Shown here: positions 19,552 to 28,313 of the stretch, one piece after another
Layout of the letters: each line of letters begins with the position of its first letter
Numbering within the stretch: position 1 is the stretch's first letter
Source: Gaiellales bacterium
GTDB taxonomy: Bacteria; Actinomycetota; Thermoleophilia; Gaiellales; Gaiellaceae
NCBI GenBank assembly: GCA_038230035.1
Contig: JBBRNX010000009.1
Location: 11,882 to 75,881, forward strand
Reading direction: 5' to 3'
Length of the DNA: 64,000 nucleotides
The notes under the pieces: model-generated
Database searches by the model: none
The model's input: the letters and a program-made list of their open reading frames with translations, nothing else
What the model was told of the DNA's origin: nothing
Position numbers and translations under genes: made by a program

Positions 19552-19713
19552 GTGCTCCGTTTCGGGAGTCCGTTGCCTGTCTGACGAGTGGCCAGGTGTG
19601 ATCTGGTGGTGCACGGTGCCTGCGCGCGTGCTGGTAGCACGTGTGCAGGTGCCGGGCGCCGCCAGGCGCCGCTGGACGCCGTCAGAGTCCAACGGAATCC
19701 CGGAACGGAGCAC
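19552..19713 (+). ncRNA. Rod-shaped structured RNA candidate (6S RNA-like)
   Basis: 24-bp basal stem (19552-19575/19690-19713), 6-bp stem, internal bubble, 13-bp and 18-bp apical stems; 8 G-U pairs on the + strand become A-C mismatches on the - strand. Confidence 0.5.
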
Positions 19714-19739
19714 CCACGGACAGTACGCTTCCGGCGCGG

Positions 19740-20381
19740 ATGTCCCGGGCACGCGCTGTCATCTTCGACTTCAACGGGACGCTCTCCCACGACGAGCCCG
19801 TCCTCCTCCGGATCTACCAGGAGCTGTTCGCCGCGCACGGTCGCCCGCTGACCGCCGACGACTACTTCTCGCAGCTCGCAGGGAACACGGAGGAGGCGAT
19901 CATCCAGGGCTGGCTCGGCGTTGACGGTGCCGAGCTCGATGCGCTCGTCGCAGAGCGAATCTCGCGGTATCGCGCGACCGCGGACGGCTCGACCATCACC
20001 GCGGAGATGCACGCTGCCGTCCGGTTCGCAGCGGCGCGCGGCCCGGTTGCGATCGTGTCGGGTGCGTTCCGTGCCGAGATCGAGCCGGTGCTCGCGGCGG
20101 CGGGTCTGACCGAGTTGTTCACCGCCGTCGTGACGGCGGACGACGTCGTCAAAGGCAAGCCCGCTCCTGACGGTTACCTGCGCGCGCTCTCCCTCCTCGG
20201 CGACCTGCCGCCTAATGGCGTCGTCGCCTTCGAGGACACGGAGGCAGGCGTTGCGTCGGCGAAGGCTGCCGGGCTGCTCTGCGTCGCCGTCCTCGGCACG
20301 CTGCCTGCGTCGCGGCTCACCGAGGCTGACGAGATCGTCGAGCGCATCGACGTCGCATTACTCGAGCGCCTGCTCGCATGA
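19740..20381 (+). CDS. HAD-family hydrolase (beta-PGM-like)
   Basis: IFDFNGTL motif I, IVSGA, KGKPAPDGY, FEDTEAG. Confidence 0.88.
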   Translation: MSRARAVIFDFNGTLSHDEPVLLRIYQELFAAHGRPLTADDYFSQLAGNTEEAIIQGWLGVDGAELDALVAERISRYRATADGSTITAEMHAAVRFAAARGPVAIVSGAFRAEIEPVLAAAGLTELFTAVVTADDVVKGKPAPDGYLRALSLLGDLPPNGVVAFEDTEAGVASAKAAGLLCVAVLGTLPASRLTEADEIVERIDVALLERLLA

Positions 20382-21274
20382 AGATGCACGCCGACGAGGT
20401 CGACATCGACGAGGTGCTCGTCCGAAGGCTGCTCTCGGCTGAGTTCCCACAGTGGTCGGACCTTCCGATCGAGCGAGTCGAGCCGGGCGGGACTGACAAT
20501 GTGATCTACCGCCTTGGCGGCGGGATGGCCGTCCGGCTGCCTCGGCGGCAGCACAACGCCGCGCGGTTGGAGACGGAGCGCCACTGGCTGCCGATGCTCG
20601 CGCCTCGCCTCCCACTCGCGATTCCGACGCCGCTCGCGATCGGAGTACCCGCCGAGGGCTACCCATTCAGCTGGTCTGTCTACAGCTGGCTCGACGGGGA
20701 GCCCGCGACGCTCGAACGTCTGGTCGATCCGGAGCAAACAGCGGGCGATCTCGCCGGGTTTATCGTCGCCCTGCGGGCGATCGACGCGACGGGCGGTCCC
20801 ATCCCCGGCCCGGAGAACGCGTGGCGCGGAGCGCCGCTCGCGGTCCGCGACACTCCCATGCGCGCGGCAATCGAGACACTGCGCGACGAGATCGCTGCCG
20901 GAGCGGTGACCGCACGCTGGCAGGAGGCGCTCGATGCCCCCGCCTGGCTCGCTGCGCCGGTGTGGCTTCACGGCGATCTCGACTCGCGGAACCTGCTCGT
21001 GCGCGATGGGCGGCTCAGCGCAGTGATCGACTTCGGCTGCCTCGGAGTCGGCGACCCAGCATGCGACGTGATGGTTGCGTGGAAGCTCCTCCCCGCTGCT
21101 CAGCGCGGTGCGTTCCGGGCGGCTCTCTCGGTCGACGACGCGACGTGGACTCGCGCCCGCGGCTGGGTGCTATCGCAGGCTCTCATCGCGCTCGCCTACT
21201 ACACGCTGGAGACAAACGAGGTTCTCGTGCTCGAGGCGCGACGCTGGCTTGCCGAGGTGCTCGCCGACTCGTGA
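20378..21274 (+). CDS. Aminoglycoside phosphotransferase (APH)/choline kinase-like protein
   Basis: GGTDNVIYRLG, WLHGDLDSRNLL, VIDFGCLGVGDPACD. Confidence 0.88.
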   Translation: MKMHADEVDIDEVLVRRLLSAEFPQWSDLPIERVEPGGTDNVIYRLGGGMAVRLPRRQHNAARLETERHWLPMLAPRLPLAIPTPLAIGVPAEGYPFSWSVYSWLDGEPATLERLVDPEQTAGDLAGFIVALRAIDATGGPIPGPENAWRGAPLAVRDTPMRAAIETLRDEIAAGAVTARWQEALDAPAWLAAPVWLHGDLDSRNLLVRDGRLSAVIDFGCLGVGDPACDVMVAWKLLPAAQRGAFRAALSVDDATWTRARGWVLSQALIALAYYTLETNEVLVLEARRWLAEVLADS

Positions 21275-21945
21275 CGCTCGTTATCGCGCACCGCGGGGCG
21301 TCGTGGGACGAGCCCGAGAACACGCTCCAGGCCGTCGAGCGCGCGATCGCCGTCGGCGCTGACTTCGTCGAGTTCGACGTCCAGTGCGCGAGTGACGGCG
21401 CGCTCGTCGTCTTCCACGACTCCGTTCTCGACCGCCTGACACCACTCTCCGGCCCGCTCCGCCACAGGCCGCTCGCAGAGCTGCGCGAGGTCGGCATACC
21501 CACACTCGAGCAGGTTCTCGAGCTGACGAGAGACCGGATCGGGGTCATGGCCGAGCTGAAGAACCCACACCTCTACCGCCGCCACGACCTCGTCAACCGG
21601 ACTGTCGCGCTCCTCGACCGCGACGCCGTTGTGATCTCGTTCAGCCGGTCGGCGCTGCTCGAAGCGCGTCGCGCAAGGCCGGAATTGCGCCTGCTGCAGC
21701 ACGTCGGCTACGGCGTCTCGATCCGCGTCGCGGCCGCGTATGCCTGGGGCGTCGGCTTCGGCGACTCGCGCGTCACGCGACGAGGGCTCGCGAAAGCGCG
21801 CGCACTCGGACTTGCAACAACCGTCTACACCGTGAACGAGACGGCGCGCATATTGGAACTCGAAGCGCTCCGCGTCGACGGGCTGTTCACTGATCGTCCA
21901 GATCTTGCGCGAGCGATGCTGCGTCCACGTCGTCAGGGAGGCTGA
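21271..21945 (+). CDS. Glycerophosphodiester phosphodiesterase
   Basis: IAHRGAS..PENTL, VEFDVQ, VVFHD, YTVN, GLFTDRP; GTGA overlap with the APH stop. Confidence 0.88.
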   Translation: MTLVIAHRGASWDEPENTLQAVERAIAVGADFVEFDVQCASDGALVVFHDSVLDRLTPLSGPLRHRPLAELREVGIPTLEQVLELTRDRIGVMAELKNPHLYRRHDLVNRTVALLDRDAVVISFSRSALLEARRARPELRLLQHVGYGVSIRVAAAYAWGVGFGDSRVTRRGLAKARALGLATTVYTVNETARILELEALRVDGLFTDRPDLARAMLRPRRQGG

Positions 21946-22993
21946 GGAGACGAGGGCTGTCGGCCGGGAAGCGCGCGTGAACCCGAACACCGATGGCGAG
22001 AGCCCCGGACCGGGCCGTCGGAACATCCGCCGTCATCTCACCCGCCCCGGTGTCGAGCCTGACCCGCGTCACCGAGCCGAGGAACGTACGCGAGACGACC
22101 GAGCCGGCGAGGACGCCCTCCGGCACGGCACCGGCAGCGGCAGGCTCGACCTCGACTGTTTCCGGACGGACGAGCAGCATGACGCGCTCACCGCGAGGAT
22201 GCCCCTTCGCCGCATCGACGCGAACCTTCGCGCCGGCATACTCGACCGAAGCCTCGTCTGCGACGGTCGACGTGAGCCGGTTCATCGTGCCGATGAACTC
22301 CGCGACAAATGGCGTAGCCGGAGAACCGTACATCTCGCTCGGCGTCCCGACCTGCTCGATCCTCCCGCCGTACATCACCGCGACCCGGTCGGAGATAGAC
22401 AGCGCCTCCTCCTGGTCGTGTGTGACGTAGATCGTGGTGATCCCGAGCTCGAGCTGGATGCGCCGGATCTCCTCGCGCAGCTGCACGCGCACCTTCGCGT
22501 CGAGCGCCGAGAGCGGCTCGTCGAGAAGCAGCACCTTCGGCTCGATCGCGAGTGAGCGCGCGAGAGCGACCCGCTGTTGCATACCGCCCGAGAGCTGGTG
22601 CGGATAGCGCTTCACGGCGTGGCTCAAGCCGACGAGTTCGAGCAGCTCGGCCACACGCTTCTGCCTGTCGTCGCGTGACTGCTTCCGCACCTTGAGGCCG
22701 AACTCCACGTTCTTCTCGGCGGTCATGTTCGGGAACAGGCTGTAGGCCTGGAAGACCATCCCCATGTCGCGACGGTTGGGCGGGACGTTCGAGATGTCCT
22801 TCCCATCCACGACGACGCGCCCGGACGTCGGACGGTCGAAGCCTGCGACGAGCCGCAGCGCAGTCGTCTTCCCGCATCCGGACGGGCCGAGCAGCGAGAG
22901 GAACTCGCCCTTGTCCAGCGTGACATTGATGCCTTTGAGCGCCTCGAAGTCACCGAACGACCTGCGCAGCTCCTGCAGCTCGACGTGCGGCAT
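21887..22993 (-). CDS. ABC ATP-binding subunit (PotA/AfuC-like)
   Basis: GPSGCGKTT, LSGGMQQRVALAR, LLDEPLSALD, TOBE-like C-terminus; ATG overlaps the permease TGA. Confidence 0.92.
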   Translation of the reverse strand: MPHVELQELRRSFGDFEALKGINVTLDKGEFLSLLGPSGCGKTTALRLVAGFDRPTSGRVVVDGKDISNVPPNRRDMGMVFQAYSLFPNMTAEKNVEFGLKVRKQSRDDRQKRVAELLELVGLSHAVKRYPHQLSGGMQQRVALARSLAIEPKVLLLDEPLSALDAKVRVQLREEIRRIQLELGITTIYVTHDQEEALSISDRVAVMYGGRIEQVGTPSEMYGSPATPFVAEFIGTMNRLTSTVADEASVEYAGAKVRVDAAKGHPRGERVMLLVRPETVEVEPAAAGAVPEGVLAGSVVSRTFLGSVTRVRLDTGAGEMTADVPTARSGALAIGVRVHARFPADSPRLLSLPDDVDAASLAQDLDDQ

Positions 22994-23790
22994 CAGCGAC
23001 CACCTCCTCCTAGCTGGACACGGGTCGCGCCGCCCCTGCGACCGACGAGCAGGATCGAGCCCATCGCCGCCCACGTGATGCCGAAGCTCAGCAGCGTCAG
23101 GGCAGCCGCCGGGTACGCCTGCGTCTCGTTGACGTTCTCGATGTAGACGGGGAAGGTCTTGAACGCGGAGAGCGCCGCGATCGTGTACTCGCCCATCACG
23201 ATCGCCAGGGTCAGGAACGCGCCACTCAGCGCTGCGACCTTGATGTTCGGAAGGATGACGCGGGCGAGCGTCGTGCGCCAGCTCGCACCCAGGTTCAGCG
23301 AGGCCTCGGTCAACGTGTGCACGTCGATCGCCCGGAAGCCAGCGTCGAGCGAGAAGAAGACGTACGGAAAGGCGAGGATCACGTAGGCGGCAGCGAGGAA
23401 GCCAAACGGCTTCGCGTAGAACCACTGCGGCGAGCCGCGGTAGAAGTTGAGGAGCCCGCCGACGAGGATGATCGGCGGCACGACGAACGGGACGAGCGCG
23501 AGGAAGCTGATCACCGCCCGCAGGCGAGGCAGCCTCAGGTGCACCCAGTAGATCGTCGGTACGAGCAGCAGCAGAGTGATCACGATCGTCTCGAGCGCGA
23601 GCTCGAACGAAAGCCGGATCCGAGACCAGAAGACCGGGTCGTGCAGGATGAAGCCGTAGGCGGAGAGGCTGCAGCAGTTGCCCGTCTGCTTGTCCTTGAT
23701 GCTGAACAGGAGCGTGGCGAGCAGCGGAATCAGGAAGTAGACCGCGGCAAGCACGATCCAGATCCACGCCGAGAGCGAGAAGCGCCTCAC
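22993..23790 (-). CDS. ABC permease (PotC-like)
   Basis: EASLNLGAS EAA loop, multiple TM segments. Confidence 0.9.
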   Translation of the reverse strand: MRRFSLSAWIWIVLAAVYFLIPLLATLLFSIKDKQTGNCCSLSAYGFILHDPVFWSRIRLSFELALETIVITLLLLVPTIYWVHLRLPRLRAVISFLALVPFVVPPIILVGGLLNFYRGSPQWFYAKPFGFLAAAYVILAFPYVFFSLDAGFRAIDVHTLTEASLNLGASWRTTLARVILPNIKVAALSGAFLTLAIVMGEYTIAALSAFKTFPVYIENVNETQAYPAAALTLLSFGITWAAMGSILLVGRRGGATRVQLGGGGR

Positions 23791-23800
23791 GCGACCGCCG

Positions 23801-24709
23801 TCATTTCGCCCACCGCGAGGCGCGCCGCTGGACTGGGATGTAGATCAACATCATCACCGCGAGCACGACGAACATGCCGAACGCGAGCGCCTGGGCCTCG
23901 TGCGGGTTCGACACGACATTGCCGCTGATGTCGAAGCCGATCGTGATCGGGACGAGGTGCACGGACTGACCGGTGGTCAGCCCATAGGCCGTCGCGTACG
24001 CCGCGAAGGAGTTGCCGAAGAGCAGGATCAGCGTGCTGATGATCGACGGCAGCAGGACCGGCAGCCCGACGTAGCGCCAGTACTGGAACGAGCTCGCCCC
24101 GAGATTCGAGGTCGCCTCGCGCCACTCGCGACGCAGGCCGTCGATTGCCGGTGCGATGACGAGGATCATCAGCGGAATCTGGAAGTAGAGGTAGACGACC
24201 TCGACGCCGGTCTTGCCGTAGATCGTGAAACCGTGCTGGTACAGCGAATAGTGGAGCTGGTTCTGCAGGAACACGGTGACGATCCCGAGTACGCCGAGGG
24301 TGGAGATGAAAGCGAACGCCAGCGGGATGCCACCGAAGTTCGCCGCCACGCCGGAGAAGGTCGTGAGCGCCGAGCGGATCCAGCGCGGCGTTCCTTCCCT
24401 GATCGCCGCGTACGCGATCAGCACTCCAAAAAGAGCGCCGAGGCCTGCGGTGACGAGGCTGACCTCGATGCTGGTCTTGTAGTCATCGCGGAGGTTGGGA
24501 TTGTGAATCACGTCGGACAGGTTCGAGAGCGTGGCGCCGCCGTGCGCTCCCTTGAACGCTCCGACCAGCACCTCCCCGGCCGGCAGGAACAGGAAGAGCA
24601 GCGTGTACGCGAAGAATGGGACGACGACGAGCCAGGCGAGCGGCAGCCGCCTCCGGCCGGGCCTCGTGCCCGGCCGGAGCTCGCCGACTGCTGCAACGTC
24701 TGTTGCCAC
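23801..24709 (-). CDS. ABC permease (PotB-like)
   Basis: EATSNLGAS EAA loop, multiple TM segments. Confidence 0.9.
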   Translation of the reverse strand: MATDVAAVGELRPGTRPGRRRLPLAWLVVVPFFAYTLLFLFLPAGEVLVGAFKGAHGGATLSNLSDVIHNPNLRDDYKTSIEVSLVTAGLGALFGVLIAYAAIREGTPRWIRSALTTFSGVAANFGGIPLAFAFISTLGVLGIVTVFLQNQLHYSLYQHGFTIYGKTGVEVVYLYFQIPLMILVIAPAIDGLRREWREATSNLGASSFQYWRYVGLPVLLPSIISTLILLFGNSFAAYATAYGLTTGQSVHLVPITIGFDISGNVVSNPHEAQALAFGMFVVLAVMMLIYIPVQRRASRWAK

Positions 24710-24749
24710 CGGCCCTAGGTTTCGACCGGCGTCATGCGGTTGCCCAGAT

Positions 24750-25931
24750 TCAAATGTTGGGCCACTGGGCGAGGATCAATGCCTTCGAGTCCGCGTTCTG
24801 CTTGGCGGTCGCGAACTTCAACTTCGAGTACAGCGCTGGCGACGGCAACGCCTTCAGCAACGCTGCGGGAATGACCTTCCGCTTCACTAGGTCGGGGAAG
24901 CGCGTCGGATGCGCGAATCCCTTGAGGAACAGCAACTGTCCCTGGTCGGAGTAGAGGAACTCCTGCCACAGTCGAGCCGCCCACGGGTGCGGAGCCGTAG
25001 CGCTGATCGCCTGGCAGTAGTACGCGCCGTACACCCCGTCCGCCGGAATGGTCGCCGTCCACTTCGCCGCGGGGAACTCCCCGGTGTAGACGAGGTTCAG
25101 GTAGTCCCAGTCGATCACGATCGGCGTCTGCCCCGAGGCGACCGTCTGCGGCGAGCCACCAACCGGGATGAAGTTCCCGACCGACTTCAACTTCTTGAAG
25201 AAGTCGATCCCCGGCTGGACGTTGTTGAGCGAACCACCGTGCGCAAGCGCTGCCGCGAAGACGCCGGCGCGGGCCGAGCCCGACGTCAGCGGGCTGCCGT
25301 TCAAGGCAACCTGGTTCTTGTACTCCGGCTTGAGCAGGTCGGCGAACGTCTTCGGGGCGTTCTTGACGATGTTCCCGTTCGAGCCGATCGAGATCGCACC
25401 GTAGTAGTCGCCGAGCCAGAGGCCGCGGGTGTCCTTCTGCGAACGCGGCACGGTCCTGTAGTTGGTCGTGTAGTACCTCGCGTACAGCCCCTCGTTCGCA
25501 CCGTCGATCGCAAATGGCGGGCTGACGTCGACGACGTCCGGCTGACGCGAGTCGCCCTTGAGGTCGCGAAGAGCCTGGTTCTCCTGCGCCGAGCTGCCCT
25601 GGTCGTTCTGCTCGTCCATCGAGAGGCCGTACTTCTTCTTGAAGGTCGAGATCACCTCGCCGTAGTTCGACCAGTCGTGCGGCAGGGCAATGACGTTGAG
25701 CTTGCCCTCCTTCTTCGCCTCCTTGACGATCTCCGCCAGAGTCACCTTCCGGCCGATGAGCGGTGGAGCTGCGAGCACCTTCTGGCGTGCTGCGAGCGCG
25801 GCTGCCGGCGTCGACAGGATCGTCAGGCCGGCTCCGGCCGCAAGACCCCGCTTGAGCAGCTTCCGCCGGTCGAGCGTGTCTTCGTCGAGCCTGCGCAGGA
25901 ACTCGTACTCCTGCTCTTGAAAATCTTCCAT
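24750..25931 (-). CDS. ABC substrate-binding protein with Tat-type signal (PotD/AfuA-like)
   Basis: DRRKLLKRGLAAGAGL twin-arginine signal; AKKEGKLNV, WDYLN, APHPWAARLWQEFLYSD. Confidence 0.85.
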   Translation of the reverse strand: MEDFQEQEYEFLRRLDEDTLDRRKLLKRGLAAGAGLTILSTPAAALAARQKVLAAPPLIGRKVTLAEIVKEAKKEGKLNVIALPHDWSNYGEVISTFKKKYGLSMDEQNDQGSSAQENQALRDLKGDSRQPDVVDVSPPFAIDGANEGLYARYYTTNYRTVPRSQKDTRGLWLGDYYGAISIGSNGNIVKNAPKTFADLLKPEYKNQVALNGSPLTSGSARAGVFAAALAHGGSLNNVQPGIDFFKKLKSVGNFIPVGGSPQTVASGQTPIVIDWDYLNLVYTGEFPAAKWTATIPADGVYGAYYCQAISATAPHPWAARLWQEFLYSDQGQLLFLKGFAHPTRFPDLVKRKVIPAALLKALPSPALYSKLKFATAKQNADSKALILAQWPNI

Positions 25932-26061
25932 CTGCCTTCTGCCCTCCTGTTGGAGTCACCGATTGCGTCGATAGTACGCCCCTGCGGTCGGACGCAACGT
26001 ACTCCTCTCACACTCCCGAAATGTTTTCAAGGGGTGACAACCTTGTGAAAGGCTGCGGCGG

Positions 26062-26997
26062 ATGACCGATCCCTGGCAAGAACCCGGCGACTGGCTGCGT
26101 TGTGCGCTGCACGCGCACACCACAAACTCCGACGGCGAGCTCGCACCGCGCGGCCTCGTCGAGCACTACGCGCGCGCAGGCTACGACGTTCTCGCCATCA
26201 CCGATCACTGGGCGCGGACCGACGCCGAGCCGGTCGGCGACCTGCTCGTCATACCGAGCGTCGAGCTGAACTGCATCCTCCCCGATCCGATCGGCGGGGC
26301 GCGCGACGGCCATGTCCTCGGCTTTGGAATCTCGTGCGAGCCATCGGAGCTCGCCGCGCTGGGCGCCGAGTACGCCGATCTCGCCCGAACAGCCGACTGG
26401 ATCGTGGTGCACGGCGGTATCGCCTACCTCGCGCATCCGTACTGGACAGGCGCGGTCCCGGGCCGGCTCGACCTACCGCCGAACGTCGTCCGGATCGAGG
26501 TCTTCAACGCTGGCTGCGAGCTCGAGGTCGGGCGTGGGCTTTCGAGCGTCCACTGGGACGAACTTCTCGAAACCGGCCGCCTGTGCCCGGCGATTGCGAC
26601 CGACGACTCCCATCACCCCGGCTTCGACTCCGACCAGGCGTGGACGTGGGTGCGTTCAGCCGAGCGATCGGCTCCTGCCGTGCTCGCCGCCCTCAGCTTC
26701 GGCTCGTTCTACGGCTCGAACGGGCCTCTGCTCCACGACGTCCAGCGCGACGGCGACACGATCGAGGTGCATTGCAGCCCGTGCCGCGCGGTCACACTCG
26801 TATCAGGGAAGTCGACGGGTGCCGCGGTCAACGCCGGTCGGCTCGGTTACCGCCACGGCGGCAGTGTGCTGACGACGGACGACGCCGGGCTTGTGACGGC
26901 GGCGCGACTCTCGATCCCGCAGGGCGCCAGGCACCTGCGCGTCGAGGTCACAGATGCGATCGGACGAAAGGCGTGGGCGAATCCGATCGCGGTATGA
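26062..26997 (+). CDS. PHP-domain (CehA/McbA-like) metallohydrolase
   Basis: LHAHTTNSDG, AITDH, LAHPYW, TDDSHH. Confidence 0.85.
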   Translation: MTDPWQEPGDWLRCALHAHTTNSDGELAPRGLVEHYARAGYDVLAITDHWARTDAEPVGDLLVIPSVELNCILPDPIGGARDGHVLGFGISCEPSELAALGAEYADLARTADWIVVHGGIAYLAHPYWTGAVPGRLDLPPNVVRIEVFNAGCELEVGRGLSSVHWDELLETGRLCPAIATDDSHHPGFDSDQAWTWVRSAERSAPAVLAALSFGSFYGSNGPLLHDVQRDGDTIEVHCSPCRAVTLVSGKSTGAAVNAGRLGYRHGGSVLTTDDAGLVTAARLSIPQGARHLRVEVTDAIGRKAWANPIAV

Positions 26998-27008
26998 CGG
27001 TGTCCGCC

Positions 27009-28313
27009 TCAGCCGCCCGAGCCCGAGCCTGAGCCCGAGCCCGAGCCCGAGCCTGATCCACTACCGTCGCTTGACCCGTCCGAGCCTGACCCGTCCGAGC
27101 CGGACCCGTCCGAGCCTGACCCGTCCGAGCCGGCGCTTCCGCGCCCGGATGAATCCCCGGCTACTGAGTCCCCGGCTACCTCGGTCGGCGCCACATCGTT
27201 CGGTTCTGGTTCGGTCGGAGCAGCAGCGGGTGCGTCCGTCGGCGTGGGATCAGGGGCGGCCTCCGGCGGAGGCGCACCGCCGGCGAACGTCGTAACGCCG
27301 CCTCCGTCGCCTGCCGTCGGCGGGTCAGCGGTAGGAACCTCGCCTGGATCAGCCGGAGGTGGATTGCCGGTCTTCGGGCTGGGCGAAACTGACGGAACGG
27401 CAGTGGGTACGTCGCTTGACGGGACTGCCGGAGTAACTGACCGTGATACGCGAACCTCCGGGCGTTCCGACGCTCTCGCCTCCAAGGGCCTTACGGCGCG
27501 TGGCCGCACCGCCAAAGACCGCAGCGGCTGGGCGGCGACGCGCTGCGGCGTCGTGCGAGAGACGGTGGTCGGAGCAGCATCATTTCCGGCCGGCGGCGCG
27601 TCGCGATCAAGCCCTGCCGACCCGGCGACGACGAGCACCGCACCGGCGCCGGCAGCCGCGAGCTTCGCCGCGATCGGAAGCGACGCGAGTCTGGCCAGCG
27701 TCCCTGCCGCCGGCTGATCGAATCCCGGAATCAGGCGGGCGAGTTGCTCGCGCAGCGCAACCGGAACGAGAAGGCCGTTGACTGCCTGCAACGCCCGACG
27801 GAGGCCCGTTCGCGCGCGAAACAAGAGCGAGTCGACAGCCGGCTCGGTCACGCCGAGCGTCAGGGCCAACTCACCGTAAGAGAGGCCCGCAGACTCGCGC
27901 AGCATGAACGCCTCCCGCTGCGGACGTGAGAGCGACTCGAGACCAGCGCGGAGAGCGGCGAAGTCTGCGTTCCGGGCGGCTGCCTCGAGCGGATCAGCGT
28001 CGGTAGACGGCACCTCCTGCACCGCGAGCTCCAATGCGAGCGGCTCGCGCATCCGGCGTTTGATCCTCAGCCAGCACTCGTTGCGCGCAATCGCGGCGAG
28101 CCACGCCGCCGGCTCGCGCGGTACCGCCCCGCCGAGCAAGCTGCGATACGCCGAGAGGAACGACTGCTGAGCGGCGTCCTCCGCCTCGGTCACGTCTCGG
28201 AGCAGGAAGCGGCAGAGACCGAGGATCGTCCGACCATGGGCCTCATACAGCGCAGCGACCCGGACGCCTGCGTCCGGGTCGCTCGCCGCAGATGTCTCGG
28301 GGCTAGTCGTCAC
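27009..28313 (-). CDS. ECF sigma factor with hydrophobic segment and long Pro-rich/Gly-Ser-Asp C-terminal extension
   Basis: Sigma2 EAEDAAQQSFLSAY..AWLAAIARN; sigma4 LSRPQREAFMLRE..LSYGELA..AVDSLLFRAR; start set at GTG 28313 overlapping the upstream stop (exact start uncertain). Confidence 0.82.
   Translation of the reverse strand: MTTSPETSAASDPDAGVRVAALYEAHGRTILGLCRFLLRDVTEAEDAAQQSFLSAYRSLLGGAVPREPAAWLAAIARNECWLRIKRRMREPLALELAVQEVPSTDADPLEAAARNADFAALRAGLESLSRPQREAFMLRESAGLSYGELALTLGVTEPAVDSLLFRARTGLRRALQAVNGLLVPVALREQLARLIPGFDQPAAGTLARLASLPIAAKLAAAGAGAVLVVAGSAGLDRDAPPAGNDAAPTTVSRTTPQRVAAQPLRSLAVRPRAVRPLEARASERPEVRVSRSVTPAVPSSDVPTAVPSVSPSPKTGNPPPADPGEVPTADPPTAGDGGGVTTFAGGAPPPEAAPDPTPTDAPAAAPTEPEPNDVAPTEVAGDSVAGDSSGRGSAGSDGSGSDGSGSDGSGSDGSSDGSGSGSGSGSGSGSGSGG
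27017..27131. repeat. Coding tandem repeats (GS)n and (GSDGS)x4
   Basis: 6-bp GAGCC(C/T) runs and four 15-bp GACCCGTCCGAGCC(T/G) units. Confidence 0.85.

Noticed and set aside
19552-19713. SRP RNA, tRNA or tmRNA identity for the rod RNA
   Set aside because: No SRP domain IV GGAA/CAGG-AGCA motif, no cloverleaf or T-loop, no tag ORF.
20378-21274. Bona fide aminoglycoside-resistance gene
   Set aside because: Generic APH-family kinase in a metabolic operon with no mobile context; resistance cannot be inferred.
21887-23767. 626-aa ATPase with long N-terminal extension
   Set aside because: The extension is an off-frame read of the permease; the true ATG is 22993, overlapping the permease stop.
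27017-27131. CRISPR array
   Set aside because: 6- and 15-bp coding tandem repeats with no spacers and no cas genes.
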